Made by a program: the position numbers and the translations under genes
Source: Desulfobacterales bacterium
Lineage (GTDB): Bacteria > Desulfobacterota > Desulfobacteria > Desulfobacterales > JAHEIW01
Length of the DNA: 52,789 nt
Assembly (NCBI GenBank): GCA_041559695.1
Contig: JBFFCW010000001.1
Coordinates: 1 to 52,789, forward strand
Direction of reading: 5' to 3'
The notes under the pieces: generated by a model
What the model saw: the letters and a program-made list of their open reading frames with translations, nothing else
Database searches by the model: none
What the model was told of the DNA's origin: nothing
Part shown: piece after piece, positions 1-8,466 of the stretch
How the letters are laid out: every line of letters begins with the position of its first letter
Position numbering within the stretch: position 1 is the stretch's first letter

Positions 1-1058
1 GGCGGGAAAGGGGCATACCCTAAAAATTCAGGGTTGAGTTTGAGCAGGATATGGTGCATAGCGGTGTTGCCGCCGAGGGTAATATCCTCAATATCTTCCC
101 GGGCAAGGCGCAGATAGGTTTTGCCTTCCTCCGGCACTTCCACATATTCAACCGGTCCTTCCTCGCCTTTTTTCTTTTTCTTTTTTTTCTTGGGCGGATG
201 CGTGTTCTGAATAGCCTGGTCAATCAAGGTGTTGAGCCCTTCGATGATATCATCGCTCATGCGCTGAAGCCCATCGGGTGTCGTCATATGGTAGGTGATG
301 CGGGCCATTACGTCTTCACCGTATTTACACTGCGGATTCATCATGGAAACCGTATCGATAACCTCCATTGTGGTAAGGTCGCAGAAATAGGCAGCCACTG
401 TGGTGGTGCCGACATCAATGGCCAGACCGTAAGCATGCTCAAATTTACCCGGCCGGAAGCGGAGGATTTCTTTGTCGTTCCACACGCTGGCCGTGATGCT
501 CCAATTCCCGTCACGCAGTGCCATCGAAAGCTGTCTTAGCGCAAATATATCGACTGTCAGATCCTTAAGGCCATAGTCTCTTTCTAGCGCCCTGCAGACG
601 CGCTCGAAATCCGCTGTCGGTTCCTCAAAGGTGGGCTCGTCCACCTCCACAAAATACAGTTTCACCGCCGGGTTGTGTTCGATGTGAATTTCCCGGGCAG
701 CCTTGCTCACCACCTGCTTACCGGCCCTGGATTCCTCAGGTACGAATACGAGGATATCTCCTTCTACCTGGGCGGTGCAGCCAAGTCGAAAACCTTTCTC
801 CCGCTGTTCGGGTGTTATAAACTTGTCCTCTTCCTCCAGCCAGGGGCTTACATGTGACATGCTGGATTGAATTCCGTATTTTTCGAAATACCCTTCCTCA
901 ATTCGAACAACACACTTTCCACATACCTTTTTCTCTCCACAGAGGGCTTCGATGTCTACACCCAGCAATCGCGATGCCTCTATCAGGGTGATACCTTTGA
1001 GAACTTCACCTCTGCGGCCTGAAGGCTGAAAAACTACCATCACTTTGTCTTCATCCAT
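1..1058 (-). CDS. Corrinoid reductive activase, RACo type (2Fe-2S ferredoxin plus ASKHA ATPase). Only the 5' part is present; the gene continues past the left edge.
   Basis: Absent from the ORF track because no stop lies in the window. My minus-strand translation from ATG 1058 (GGAG at 1067-1070) reads MDEDKVMVVFQPSGRRG..CGEKKVCGKCVV (2Fe-2S motif)..GLAIDVGTTTVAAYF..GGNTAMHHILL. It is colinear with the N-terminal third of the 37847 ORF. Confidence 0.8.
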   Translation of the reverse strand, partial: MDEDKVMVVFQPSGRRGEVLKGITLIEASRLLGVDIEALCGEKKVCGKCVVRIEEGYFEKYGIQSSMSHVSPWLEEEDKFITPEQREKGFRLGCTAQVEGDILVFVPEESRAGKQVVSKAAREIHIEHNPAVKLYFVEVDEPTFEEPTADFERVCRALERDYGLKDLTVDIFALRQLSMALRDGNWSITASVWNDKEILRFRPGKFEHAYGLAIDVGTTTVAAYFCDLTTMEVIDTVSMMNPQCKYGEDVMARITYHMTTPDGLQRMSDDIIEGLNTLIDQAIQNTHPPKKKKKKKKGEEGPVEYVEVPEEGKTYLRLAREDIEDITLGGNTAMHHILLKLNPEFLGYAPFP

Positions 1059-1267
1059 TTACACAACTCCTTCTTTCATATGATTTCGGCGGGTTATCGA
1101 TAAGCCCGTTCGCACAATTATTCGGATCGGGGTTAATGCTAAGATTTGACGCTTTACATGTGAAGACCCGGGCTTCGAATCAATGACAACCTGTCACAGG
1201 CCAGCGTCTGTGCAAAATCAGCAAGGGAAAGGCAATCTTGAACGGTGGGCGCTAAACCGGTGAACGC

Positions 1268-1633
1268 TTATTTCTTCGCTTGCTGGGTTTCATCTTTCTG
1301 CAGAAGAAGGGAACCCTGATGGCGTTTAAACTGAGTGGATGAATATTTGGCCAATTTCCAGTCGGGCACGCCGCAAACCCGGCAGACATCCGTGATCCAT
1401 TTATTGCGAAGCCAGCGGGCCGCTCTGCTGCTTCTGGAATTGTTGACCATGAATGTCTTGTTGCAGTGGGTGGTAATCTGAGCCTGGTCCCCCAGTTTTT
1501 CGATGGTTTTGATACCATGCAGAATTCCTTTTCGCGACGGCCACAGTTTAATTTTATCGATCAGGCGAAACAGCTCGACGCGTTTGCGATAGTATCGTTT
1601 GGCTGGTTTTTTTATTTTTTTCTCTGGCGCCAT
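1268..1633 (-). CDS. pylS: PylSn, the stand-alone N-terminal tRNA-Pyl-binding domain of a split bacterial pyrrolysyl-tRNA synthetase
   Basis: LWPSRKGILHGIK..MVNNSRSSRAARWLRNKW..CRVCGV matches the Methanosarcina PylRS N-terminus (LWMSRTGTIHKIK..VVNNSRSSRTARALRHHKY..CKRCRV). The start is taken at ATG 1633; the ORF track's upstream start at 1720 is a GTG and remains possible. Confidence 0.8.
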   Translation of the reverse strand: MAPEKKIKKPAKRYYRKRVELFRLIDKIKLWPSRKGILHGIKTIEKLGDQAQITTHCNKTFMVNNSRSSRAARWLRNKWITDVCRVCGVPDWKLAKYSSTQFKRHQGSLLLQKDETQQAKK

Positions 1634-2052
1634 GGCTGAATCAGCAGATCTTTCTGTAACGTGTTTGATATCATCTGTTCTCAGTCGGTCTGAATTCGAA
1701 GCGGTATATCGGTACAGCACTTACGTGCTTTTATCGCAATGGCTGTGGGCCGTCAATTTAATTCAGTAAATTTATAAAAATTACGTTTCGATCGGTTCGC
1801 TTCGCTCCTGGGGGGGACAGAAAAAAAATGGCCGGTCAATGCGAAGAAAGGCAGAAACAGAATAATATCCGGGCAAATTTCAGCAAAAATTTTTGAGTCC
1901 ATATAAAAGAGGTGGCATCTTACTGTGAGGCATGCTATGGATATGGTTTCTTGATTTTATCTATACAAGTAAGGTAACATACAGAAACTCAGGCTGTTCG
2001 CCCGTATTTAAGATTTTCAGAATTTCAATCATAATTCAAGCTGGCAATCAAC

Positions 2053-3954
2053 ATGAAATCGCCATCTAAAAAACCTGCCGTGCCCTCTGAACATCGGCCA
2101 GAGGAGCATACTCAGACCCGCAGCCGCCAGATAACGCAATCCGACAAGGTTCTCGGCCCGACTAACAGTAGATGGGATACGGCCCGCTGGCACGTTCCCA
2201 GGGCCCTGTGTACAGATCACAAAAAATTCGCCATCTCCGGGCAATTCGACCAATGCCTTACTTTCCCGGTATTTAATACCCATGCGGAGCCGGATTACCA
2301 TGGCTGGAGCAATTTTGTCCCTGATGAAGTCAAAAAATTTATCGAAAACACGTTCTGCAGCGCGCCGGTTCAAAAGCTAAAAGAAGACCTGGAACTTGCT
2401 GAGCGCAAATATCGACGTCTGTTTGAAGGCTCCAAGGACTTGATCTTTATTGCTCATAAGGATGGCGGATTCAGAGAGGTAAACCAGGCCTGTGTGGATC
2501 TGCTGCGATATGGCAGCAAGGAAGAGCTGTTTTCACTGGGTTCGGTGGGAAAGATTTACGATAAAACCACGCACTGGGAGGTATTTAAAAGACAAATCGA
2601 TCGTGACGGGTTTATAAAAGATTTTGAAGCCCTTTTCAGAAGAAAAGACGGAAGCCGCGTACACTGCCTGCTCAGCGGCAATGCGGTTCGAAGCAAGCAC
2701 GGAGAAATCATCGGCTATCAGGGCATTGCGAAAGACATCACGGCCCGCACGGATGCCACTCGAAATTTTTTCCAGCGACATCGGGAGCTTTGGGTTTTAA
2801 CCTCCGTGGCTTTTGCCATGAACCAGACCCAGGATTTGGACGCCATCCTGATGACCGCCTTGGAAAAGGCCCTGAAGGCGTTAAATCTCACCTGCGGCGG
2901 TATCTTTTTGATCGATTACGATAAACCCGCTTTTGTGCTAAAAGCGCAACAAGGATTTCCCGGGAATGCTACAAAAAAAACCAACCCGATACGGCTTCTT
3001 GACGAAACCCTCATGCGGTCACTGCTCCAAAAAGAGCTTATCCTCACTCCCGAGCCCATATTCCCCCCTTTCAAAGCGATTCTAAAAGGTGAAAATAATA
3101 ATCCGATACAGCTTATTTGTTTTTTGATAACTGCCAAAGAGAAGGCCTCCGGATTCCTTGCATTGGATGTCCCACCGGACAGGGACCTTGCGGCCGGTCA
3201 GGATTTTCACCTTTTGGGGTCATTGGGCAATTTTTTAGGCGGTGCCATTGAGAACAACCGCTTGGCTCAGACCATCGTCCGCCACCGGGAGGAACTCAAA
3301 GGGCTTACCGCCAGGCTGTTTCATTCTCAGGAGACAGAGCGGAGACGAATTGCACGGGAATTGCACGACGAAGTGGGCCAGGCTCTCACCGGGATCAATT
3401 TTACCCTTGAGACCGTTGAAAAAATCGCCGAGAAAGAGCCCGAGCGCCTCAGGCTTCATATTTTAGAAATAAAAAAACAAATCAACGGCACCTACCAGGA
3501 AATGCGCCGCCTGTCTCATTGGCTGCACCCGGCCCTTTTAAGTGATCTCGGGCTGGAGCCGGCGCTGGACGCCTATTTGAAAAATATTTCCGAACGCTGC
3601 GACCTTCGTATCGATTTTACAATGATGGGGTTCACAAAACGGTTGGATCTCGATATCGAAAGTGTTTTGTACCGGCTCGCCCAGGAGGCGCTCACCAACA
3701 CCCTGAAGTATGCCAGTGCAACCCGGTTTAAGCTTTCCATCATCAAGAGTTTTCCCAATATTATTTTCCTGGCTCAAGACGACGGAATCGGGTTTGACGC
3801 CGAAAAATTCATGGAAAACAAGCCGACCCTCGGGCTCTTGTCCATGCGTGAGCGGGCGGCTATGCTGGGCGGCAAATTCACACTGCATACATCAAAAGGG
3901 GCCGGTGTGCGCGTACGGATCGAAATCCCCCTGAAGGAGAGCGCTGATGAGTGA
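2053..3954 (+). CDS. Cytoplasmic sensor histidine kinase (PAS, GAF, HisKA_3, HATPase; NarX/LiaS-like)
   Basis: The H-box is ELHDEVGQALTG and the C-terminal region carries an ATPase G-box (DDGIGF, LGLLSMRERA). No transmembrane segment is apparent. Its stop overlaps the start of the response regulator by 8 nt. Confidence 0.8.
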   Translation: MKSPSKKPAVPSEHRPEEHTQTRSRQITQSDKVLGPTNSRWDTARWHVPRALCTDHKKFAISGQFDQCLTFPVFNTHAEPDYHGWSNFVPDEVKKFIENTFCSAPVQKLKEDLELAERKYRRLFEGSKDLIFIAHKDGGFREVNQACVDLLRYGSKEELFSLGSVGKIYDKTTHWEVFKRQIDRDGFIKDFEALFRRKDGSRVHCLLSGNAVRSKHGEIIGYQGIAKDITARTDATRNFFQRHRELWVLTSVAFAMNQTQDLDAILMTALEKALKALNLTCGGIFLIDYDKPAFVLKAQQGFPGNATKKTNPIRLLDETLMRSLLQKELILTPEPIFPPFKAILKGENNNPIQLICFLITAKEKASGFLALDVPPDRDLAAGQDFHLLGSLGNFLGGAIENNRLAQTIVRHREELKGLTARLFHSQETERRRIARELHDEVGQALTGINFTLETVEKIAEKEPERLRLHILEIKKQINGTYQEMRRLSHWLHPALLSDLGLEPALDAYLKNISERCDLRIDFTMMGFTKRLDLDIESVLYRLAQEALTNTLKYASATRFKLSIIKSFPNIIFLAQDDGIGFDAEKFMENKPTLGLLSMRERAAMLGGKFTLHTSKGAGVRVRIEIPLKESADE

Positions 3955-4642
3955 CAGGACCATCACCGTCTTTCTAGCGGACGATCACACGATTGTGCGG
4001 CAGGGGCTGGCAAAGATGCTGGAGGAAGAACCCCATTTCAAGGTCGTCGGGCAGGCGCACAATGGGCGGGAGGCCGTAAACATGGTAGAGGCGCTGAAAC
4101 CGAACATTGTCATTATGGACATTTCCATGCCCCTCTTAAATGGTATTGAAGCAACGCGGCTAATCAAGAAAAGCCGCCCTCAGACCAAAGTCATCATCCT
4201 CAGCATGCACAGCCATGATCGGTATATCGTGGAGCTTTTCAATCTTGGCATTTCGGGTTATCTGCTGAAAGACTCGACCGGTTCGGACATCATTCAGGCC
4301 ATTTCCGCAGCTGTCAGGGGAGATACCTACCTGAGCCCCTCCATCTCGCAACGGGTCATCGAAGATTACCTTTATTTAAAAAAAAGGTCTCCTCAGGAAG
4401 ACCTTTACGACAAACTTTCCAACCGGGAGCGCGAGGTGTTCCAGATGATTGCCGAAGGGCATTCAACCAAAAAGATTTCGGACATCCTCTGTATCAGCGC
4501 CAGTACGGTTAAAACCCACCGGGCAAATATCATGGAAAAGCTACAATTCGAAAATATTTCCCAGTTGATTCAATTTGCCATACATTTGGGAATTGTTGAC
4601 TTTCAATATTCCGCGCAAAGCCCGGATGAAACGGAAAGGTGA
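3947..4642 (+). CDS. NarL/LuxR-family response regulator (receiver plus HTH)
   Basis: The receiver reads VFLADDHTIVRQGL..MDISMP and the C-terminal LuxR HTH reads LSNREREVFQMIAEGHSTKKISDILCISASTVKTHRANIMEKL. Confidence 0.85.
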   Translation: MSDRTITVFLADDHTIVRQGLAKMLEEEPHFKVVGQAHNGREAVNMVEALKPNIVIMDISMPLLNGIEATRLIKKSRPQTKVIILSMHSHDRYIVELFNLGISGYLLKDSTGSDIIQAISAAVRGDTYLSPSISQRVIEDYLYLKKRSPQEDLYDKLSNREREVFQMIAEGHSTKKISDILCISASTVKTHRANIMEKLQFENISQLIQFAIHLGIVDFQYSAQSPDETER

Positions 4643-4731
4643 TGGTAGTTCAGATGTCTTTGCTCCGTGCAGGGCCGCTACTAAATCTCAAACTACGGGC
4701 GCCAAATTTCAAATTAGTGAACGATCGTCAT

Positions 4732-5859
4732 TCATGGGTGTGAAGCAAGACGGAAGGTTTGGGATGAGCATCGTGAACCAAGGGGTTTTCTGCGAGCCGC
4801 TGTTTCCTTGCGCTCCGCCATCCAGGATTCATATACGTTGCCACTGGCGACCCTCAGCCCCATAGCGGTGATCACTTTTTTAACTTCAGCCACGGTGCGC
4901 AGCCCCTGCTCGATGTCCAAAGCGCTTTGAGAAACTCCGGCCAGCCGGTTGTTGGGGGGAATAATGGATGTGATCACATTGGCTCCGGCATCCAGGCGCA
5001 TTTTGAGCCCTTTAATTCCGTCAACATCCAGCGAAGCGGGAATTAACCGGTCCGGCATGGCCAGACGCATCACCGCGATACACAAACATTCGATCATTCT
5101 CGAAGGGCTGGACATCCCGCAAAGCGGTGTCTCGGACTGGGGCACAAAACTCATCGTCCGGGCCTGGTCCACATCATTTTGCCGCATGGCCATAATGGAA
5201 TCCGCACGATCGTTGAGGGTTTCTCCGACGCCCAGCAAGATCCCGTCTTCCACCAGCATTCCGGCACGACGCGCGGCGTTTCTTTTATCGTTGCGGTATT
5301 TAAAGCGCTGGCCGGTTCTCAATTTTTTAAATAAAACGGAATTGTGAGTTTCCTGGTACAAAGCATACCAGTCCGTCTTAATTGCGGCGAACTGATGCAG
5401 GATTTCCTCGGGGACCACACCCGGTGAAATCATAACCGGTAAGCCTGTGTTTTTCTTTACCTGCGCAATCATTTCGATAAGAATATGGAAGTTGCCGCTA
5501 TCGTGTATCATTGGGTCTTCACCCAGGGTCAGGTCAACCAGATGCACGCCTGAATTTGCCAACTCGCAAGCGATTTCGATGACTTCTTCCAAACTCTTGC
5601 GGTAACGGGGGCTTTGTTTATTCGTTTTTCTATAAAAACAAAAAGTGCAATGATTTCGGCAATAAGTCGATAAATATATGAAACCATACAGGAATAATTG
5701 GTTCGCGAAATGCAGCCGGCACACCTTGCGAGCGGCTGACATAACCAGCTGAATCGATGCAGAATCTTTTAGAGACAATAATTGAAGGGTATCATCCGGT
5801 GATGGAGAAAATCCATGGATTGCCCTATCTAAAATATCGTTTAAACGACGCTGAGGCAT
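4732..5859 (-). CDS. pylB: Radical-SAM methylornithine synthase PylB (pyrrolysine biosynthesis)
   Basis: Colinear with Methanosarcina PylB: FIYLSTYCRNHCTFCFYR (CxxxCxxC), VDLTLGEDP, ALYQETHN, VEDGILLGVG and RLIPASLDVDGIKGLKMRLDAGANVITSIIPP. ATG at 5859. About 25 extra C-terminal residues. Confidence 0.8.
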   Translation of the reverse strand: MPQRRLNDILDRAIHGFSPSPDDTLQLLSLKDSASIQLVMSAARKVCRLHFANQLFLYGFIYLSTYCRNHCTFCFYRKTNKQSPRYRKSLEEVIEIACELANSGVHLVDLTLGEDPMIHDSGNFHILIEMIAQVKKNTGLPVMISPGVVPEEILHQFAAIKTDWYALYQETHNSVLFKKLRTGQRFKYRNDKRNAARRAGMLVEDGILLGVGETLNDRADSIMAMRQNDVDQARTMSFVPQSETPLCGMSSPSRMIECLCIAVMRLAMPDRLIPASLDVDGIKGLKMRLDAGANVITSIIPPNNRLAGVSQSALDIEQGLRTVAEVKKVITAMGLRVASGNVYESWMAERKETAARRKPLGSRCSSQTFRLASHP

Positions 5860-5885
5860 CGTATACCACCTTTTCCGTTTTCCGT

Positions 5886-7718
5886 TTAGTTTAAGCAGTC
5901 TAAAATCGCACAGGCAATTTCAGTCTCATCTTCGACAAACGAAAAGTCCCCTTCTCCCTTGACGGCCAATTGGCGGATTTTCTCACGCTTGGCCGGCGGA
6001 AAACCGATGACACCCAGTTTATCGAACCGCACCGCCGCCTCCAGGGGGTCTCCTCCCCGGTTCCAGGCCCCGTCCGTCAGAATCAGCCCTCTTTTCTCCT
6101 CAAACTTGGCTAAATGATCCAGGCCGGCTTCTAGCGCCAGTCGAATATCGGTATCCCCGCTCAATTGTAAAGCAAACAACCGTTCTAGCACCTCTTCCGG
6201 TCCTGTTGACTCATCGATACCTTTTAGAACGGTAATCTGGTTGCTAAATGCCAAAACACCGTAATCTTTTTTGAAGTGTTGGGCAATGGCGGCGGCCGTG
6301 ATGGCAGCGAGTATGATCTTCATTCCTTTCATGGAATAACTGTGATCAAACATCATGACAAATGCCCTTTTTTCCTGTTGCCTGATGTAAGATACGAGAT
6401 TATCCAAAATCCCCAGTTCCGGTTGCTGCGCATATCTTTCAAGGCTGCAGTCCAATTCTATTTCAGCGCCGTCTGAAAAACCATTTTTCAGTTTCATCCT
6501 TCCGGTGCGGCAGCCGGTGTCGGCAATTTGTTTGGCGATTTTAATGATTAAGCGACTCGCTATTTTTACAGCCAGCGCTCGAACATTTTCTTTCAACATG
6601 CCGATGACATTGGCGAATACTTCCAATGAATCTTGTTTTTCAAAAAAAAGATCAAGCTCGTCGGGATTGGCGTTAAGATAACAAGCCACACGGTAGAAAT
6701 AGGAGCAATGCTCCATTTCTTCGCTTAGAAACCAGTTTGCTACGTAGCGATCAGTTTTTTTTTTGGCCTTTAAGGCTTCATCCGAACTTTTTTCTTCATC
6801 CTCCTGTTGGGTGCCGGGGTCGGTATTCTGGTCCCCGCTGCTCTCAAAATAAGACGCGCCCTTACCCCTTAAGCTGTTCCAAAGATCTTCAATGATTTCA
6901 TCGGCGGATTTCGCCGCCATTTCATTCAACCAGATTTTGTTGGACATGGCCATCCAGGCGGATCTTAAAAAATTTTGCTCCGGTTTATCGCTCAGTTTTT
7001 GCATGCCGTTGAATAAATCAACCAGATCAATACCGGCCCGGATGGATGCGCCCAGCTTGATATCCGGGTGATTTCGCGTCTCGCGCACCATCTTGACGGC
7101 CAATTCAATGATTTTGAGGTTGTCCGATCCGGTCCGAAGTCGAACAATAGCGCGTTCCTCATCTTCGTTCTGGTATTTCATTTTGATCAGGCAAATGCGA
7201 TCCATAAAGGCGCGGCTGACTCTGACAGTGCCGACATCGTCGTAAGGGTTTTGGGCGGCGATCACGGTAAACGGACGAACAGACTTTATCGAGCCGAACC
7301 TGGGAATAGCTATTTCCCCTTCCTCCATCGGAGAAATCAGCACATTGGAAACATCCGCCGGCATCCGATTAAATTCTTCGATGTAAAGAATACCGCCTTT
7401 TTCCATGGCACTTGTTAGCGGTCCCTTCTCAAAATATTCGGGCAGGTAACTATCTGCCATCACTTTGGCCGGATTAAAATGGCCGACCAGTTTGGCGGGT
7501 GTCAGATCGACATTTCCTTCTATTATATAAAACGGAATACCGGCCGCCTTGGCGATTATCCGCAGCAAGGTTGACTTTGACGTGCCGGGCGGCCCTTCCA
7601 AAAGAATATGTTTTCCGGCTTCCATGGCCGTCAGAATCGATATTATTTCGATCTGCCGGCCGACCACCGTTTCACAGGCTTTACGATAGATTTCAGTGAT
7701 TTTAAGTTTTTGTCCCAT
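5886..7718 (-). CDS. MoxR-type AAA+ ATPase fused to a C-terminal von Willebrand factor A (VWA) domain
   Basis: Walker A GPPGTSKST, Walker B ILYIEEFN, AAQNP and AFMDR. An acidic linker follows, then a VWA MIDAS motif (DHSYSM, SGDTD, LTDG). ATG 7718 is preferred; the ORF track's start at 7733 is a GTG. Confidence 0.75.
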   Translation of the reverse strand: MGQKLKITEIYRKACETVVGRQIEIISILTAMEAGKHILLEGPPGTSKSTLLRIIAKAAGIPFYIIEGNVDLTPAKLVGHFNPAKVMADSYLPEYFEKGPLTSAMEKGGILYIEEFNRMPADVSNVLISPMEEGEIAIPRFGSIKSVRPFTVIAAQNPYDDVGTVRVSRAFMDRICLIKMKYQNEDEERAIVRLRTGSDNLKIIELAVKMVRETRNHPDIKLGASIRAGIDLVDLFNGMQKLSDKPEQNFLRSAWMAMSNKIWLNEMAAKSADEIIEDLWNSLRGKGASYFESSGDQNTDPGTQQEDEEKSSDEALKAKKKTDRYVANWFLSEEMEHCSYFYRVACYLNANPDELDLFFEKQDSLEVFANVIGMLKENVRALAVKIASRLIIKIAKQIADTGCRTGRMKLKNGFSDGAEIELDCSLERYAQQPELGILDNLVSYIRQQEKRAFVMMFDHSYSMKGMKIILAAITAAAIAQHFKKDYGVLAFSNQITVLKGIDESTGPEEVLERLFALQLSGDTDIRLALEAGLDHLAKFEEKRGLILTDGAWNRGGDPLEAAVRFDKLGVIGFPPAKREKIRQLAVKGEGDFSFVEDETEIACAILDCLN

Positions 7719-7819
7719 TGCCCCGTTTCTCACATATCCGCTAAATAGCTGATGGGTTGATAGATTGATTCGTACCTATTCAAAATTAAGTCTAAATTAC
7801 CATATGTCACGTTGGCTTT

Positions 7820-8386
7820 TCAGACAAGCAGCAGCCCGATAAAATTGACATATTCCTTTGGCGGCCATTCCACCGCCACACCGGCTTGCCGTGCCAGTTC
7901 GGTGATATCTATGCCGAAACCCTCGGGACTGGGGCGCGCTTTATAGGGGTGACGACAGGGTTCTCCCGGCGGCGCGCAGGCGTCGCACAATTTGCAGCCG
8001 CCCACGCATAGACCCAACGCCTGGTAGAATCCTTTCTCAAAAGCAGCCAATTCCAGATCAGCGACGGCTTCAGATAATTTTAGTTCAGCACTGAAATCCT
8101 GGCGATAATCATTTAGGTTTTTTATTTTTTCCCGTAGCACCACCAAAAACGCTTTACGGTAACTGCGCAAGGCCTCCCTGAATTCCGCCACACTTGGAAT
8201 ATGGGGTGGGCAAACCTTGCAAACGTCAAAATATTCACACAAGGGAACCTGGCACTTTAAGCGCATGCTCTGACGGGGATTAATTTCTTTGACTTCTATC
8301 GGGTAAATATCGACGCCCCACTTGCGCGCCACCGCCTCAAAGGTATCTGCTAAAGTCTGGCCGTTATCCATATCCCCTTTGCTCAC
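7820..8386 (-). CDS. DUF2284 Cys-rich predicted metal-binding protein
   Basis: LKCQVPLCEYFDVCKVCPP and CVGGCKLCDACAPPGEPC. It is a paralogue of the 42515 gene. The start (GTG 8386 or ATG 8371) is uncertain. Confidence 0.65.
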   Translation of the reverse strand: MSKGDMDNGQTLADTFEAVARKWGVDIYPIEVKEINPRQSMRLKCQVPLCEYFDVCKVCPPHIPSVAEFREALRSYRKAFLVVLREKIKNLNDYRQDFSAELKLSEAVADLELAAFEKGFYQALGLCVGGCKLCDACAPPGEPCRHPYKARPSPEGFGIDITELARQAGVAVEWPPKEYVNFIGLLLV

Positions 8387-8428
8387 TTTATTCGGGGCCC
8401 CTTTGTTTGATTTGATATTGTCAATATC

Positions 8429-8452
8429 AGGCCCCGGTGTGAACCGGGGCCT
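8429..8452 (-). other. GC-rich intercistronic hairpin after mtbB
   Basis: AGGCCCCGG-tgtgaa-CCGGGGCCT (9 bp, perfect). Confidence 0.55.
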
Positions 8453-8466
8453 TTTAAACCAAATGG

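Noticed and set aside
1059-2052. I searched for pylT (tRNA-Pyl, CUA anticodon) in the intergenic DNA flanking pylSn and pylB, and elsewhere.
   Set aside because: No CUCUAAA-type anticodon loop with a flanking 6-bp stem was found in these spacers. The only CTCTAAA strings I noticed (near 45481 and 48565) lie inside coding regions and have no cloverleaf context. This was a by-eye scan, so a covariance-model search is still needed.
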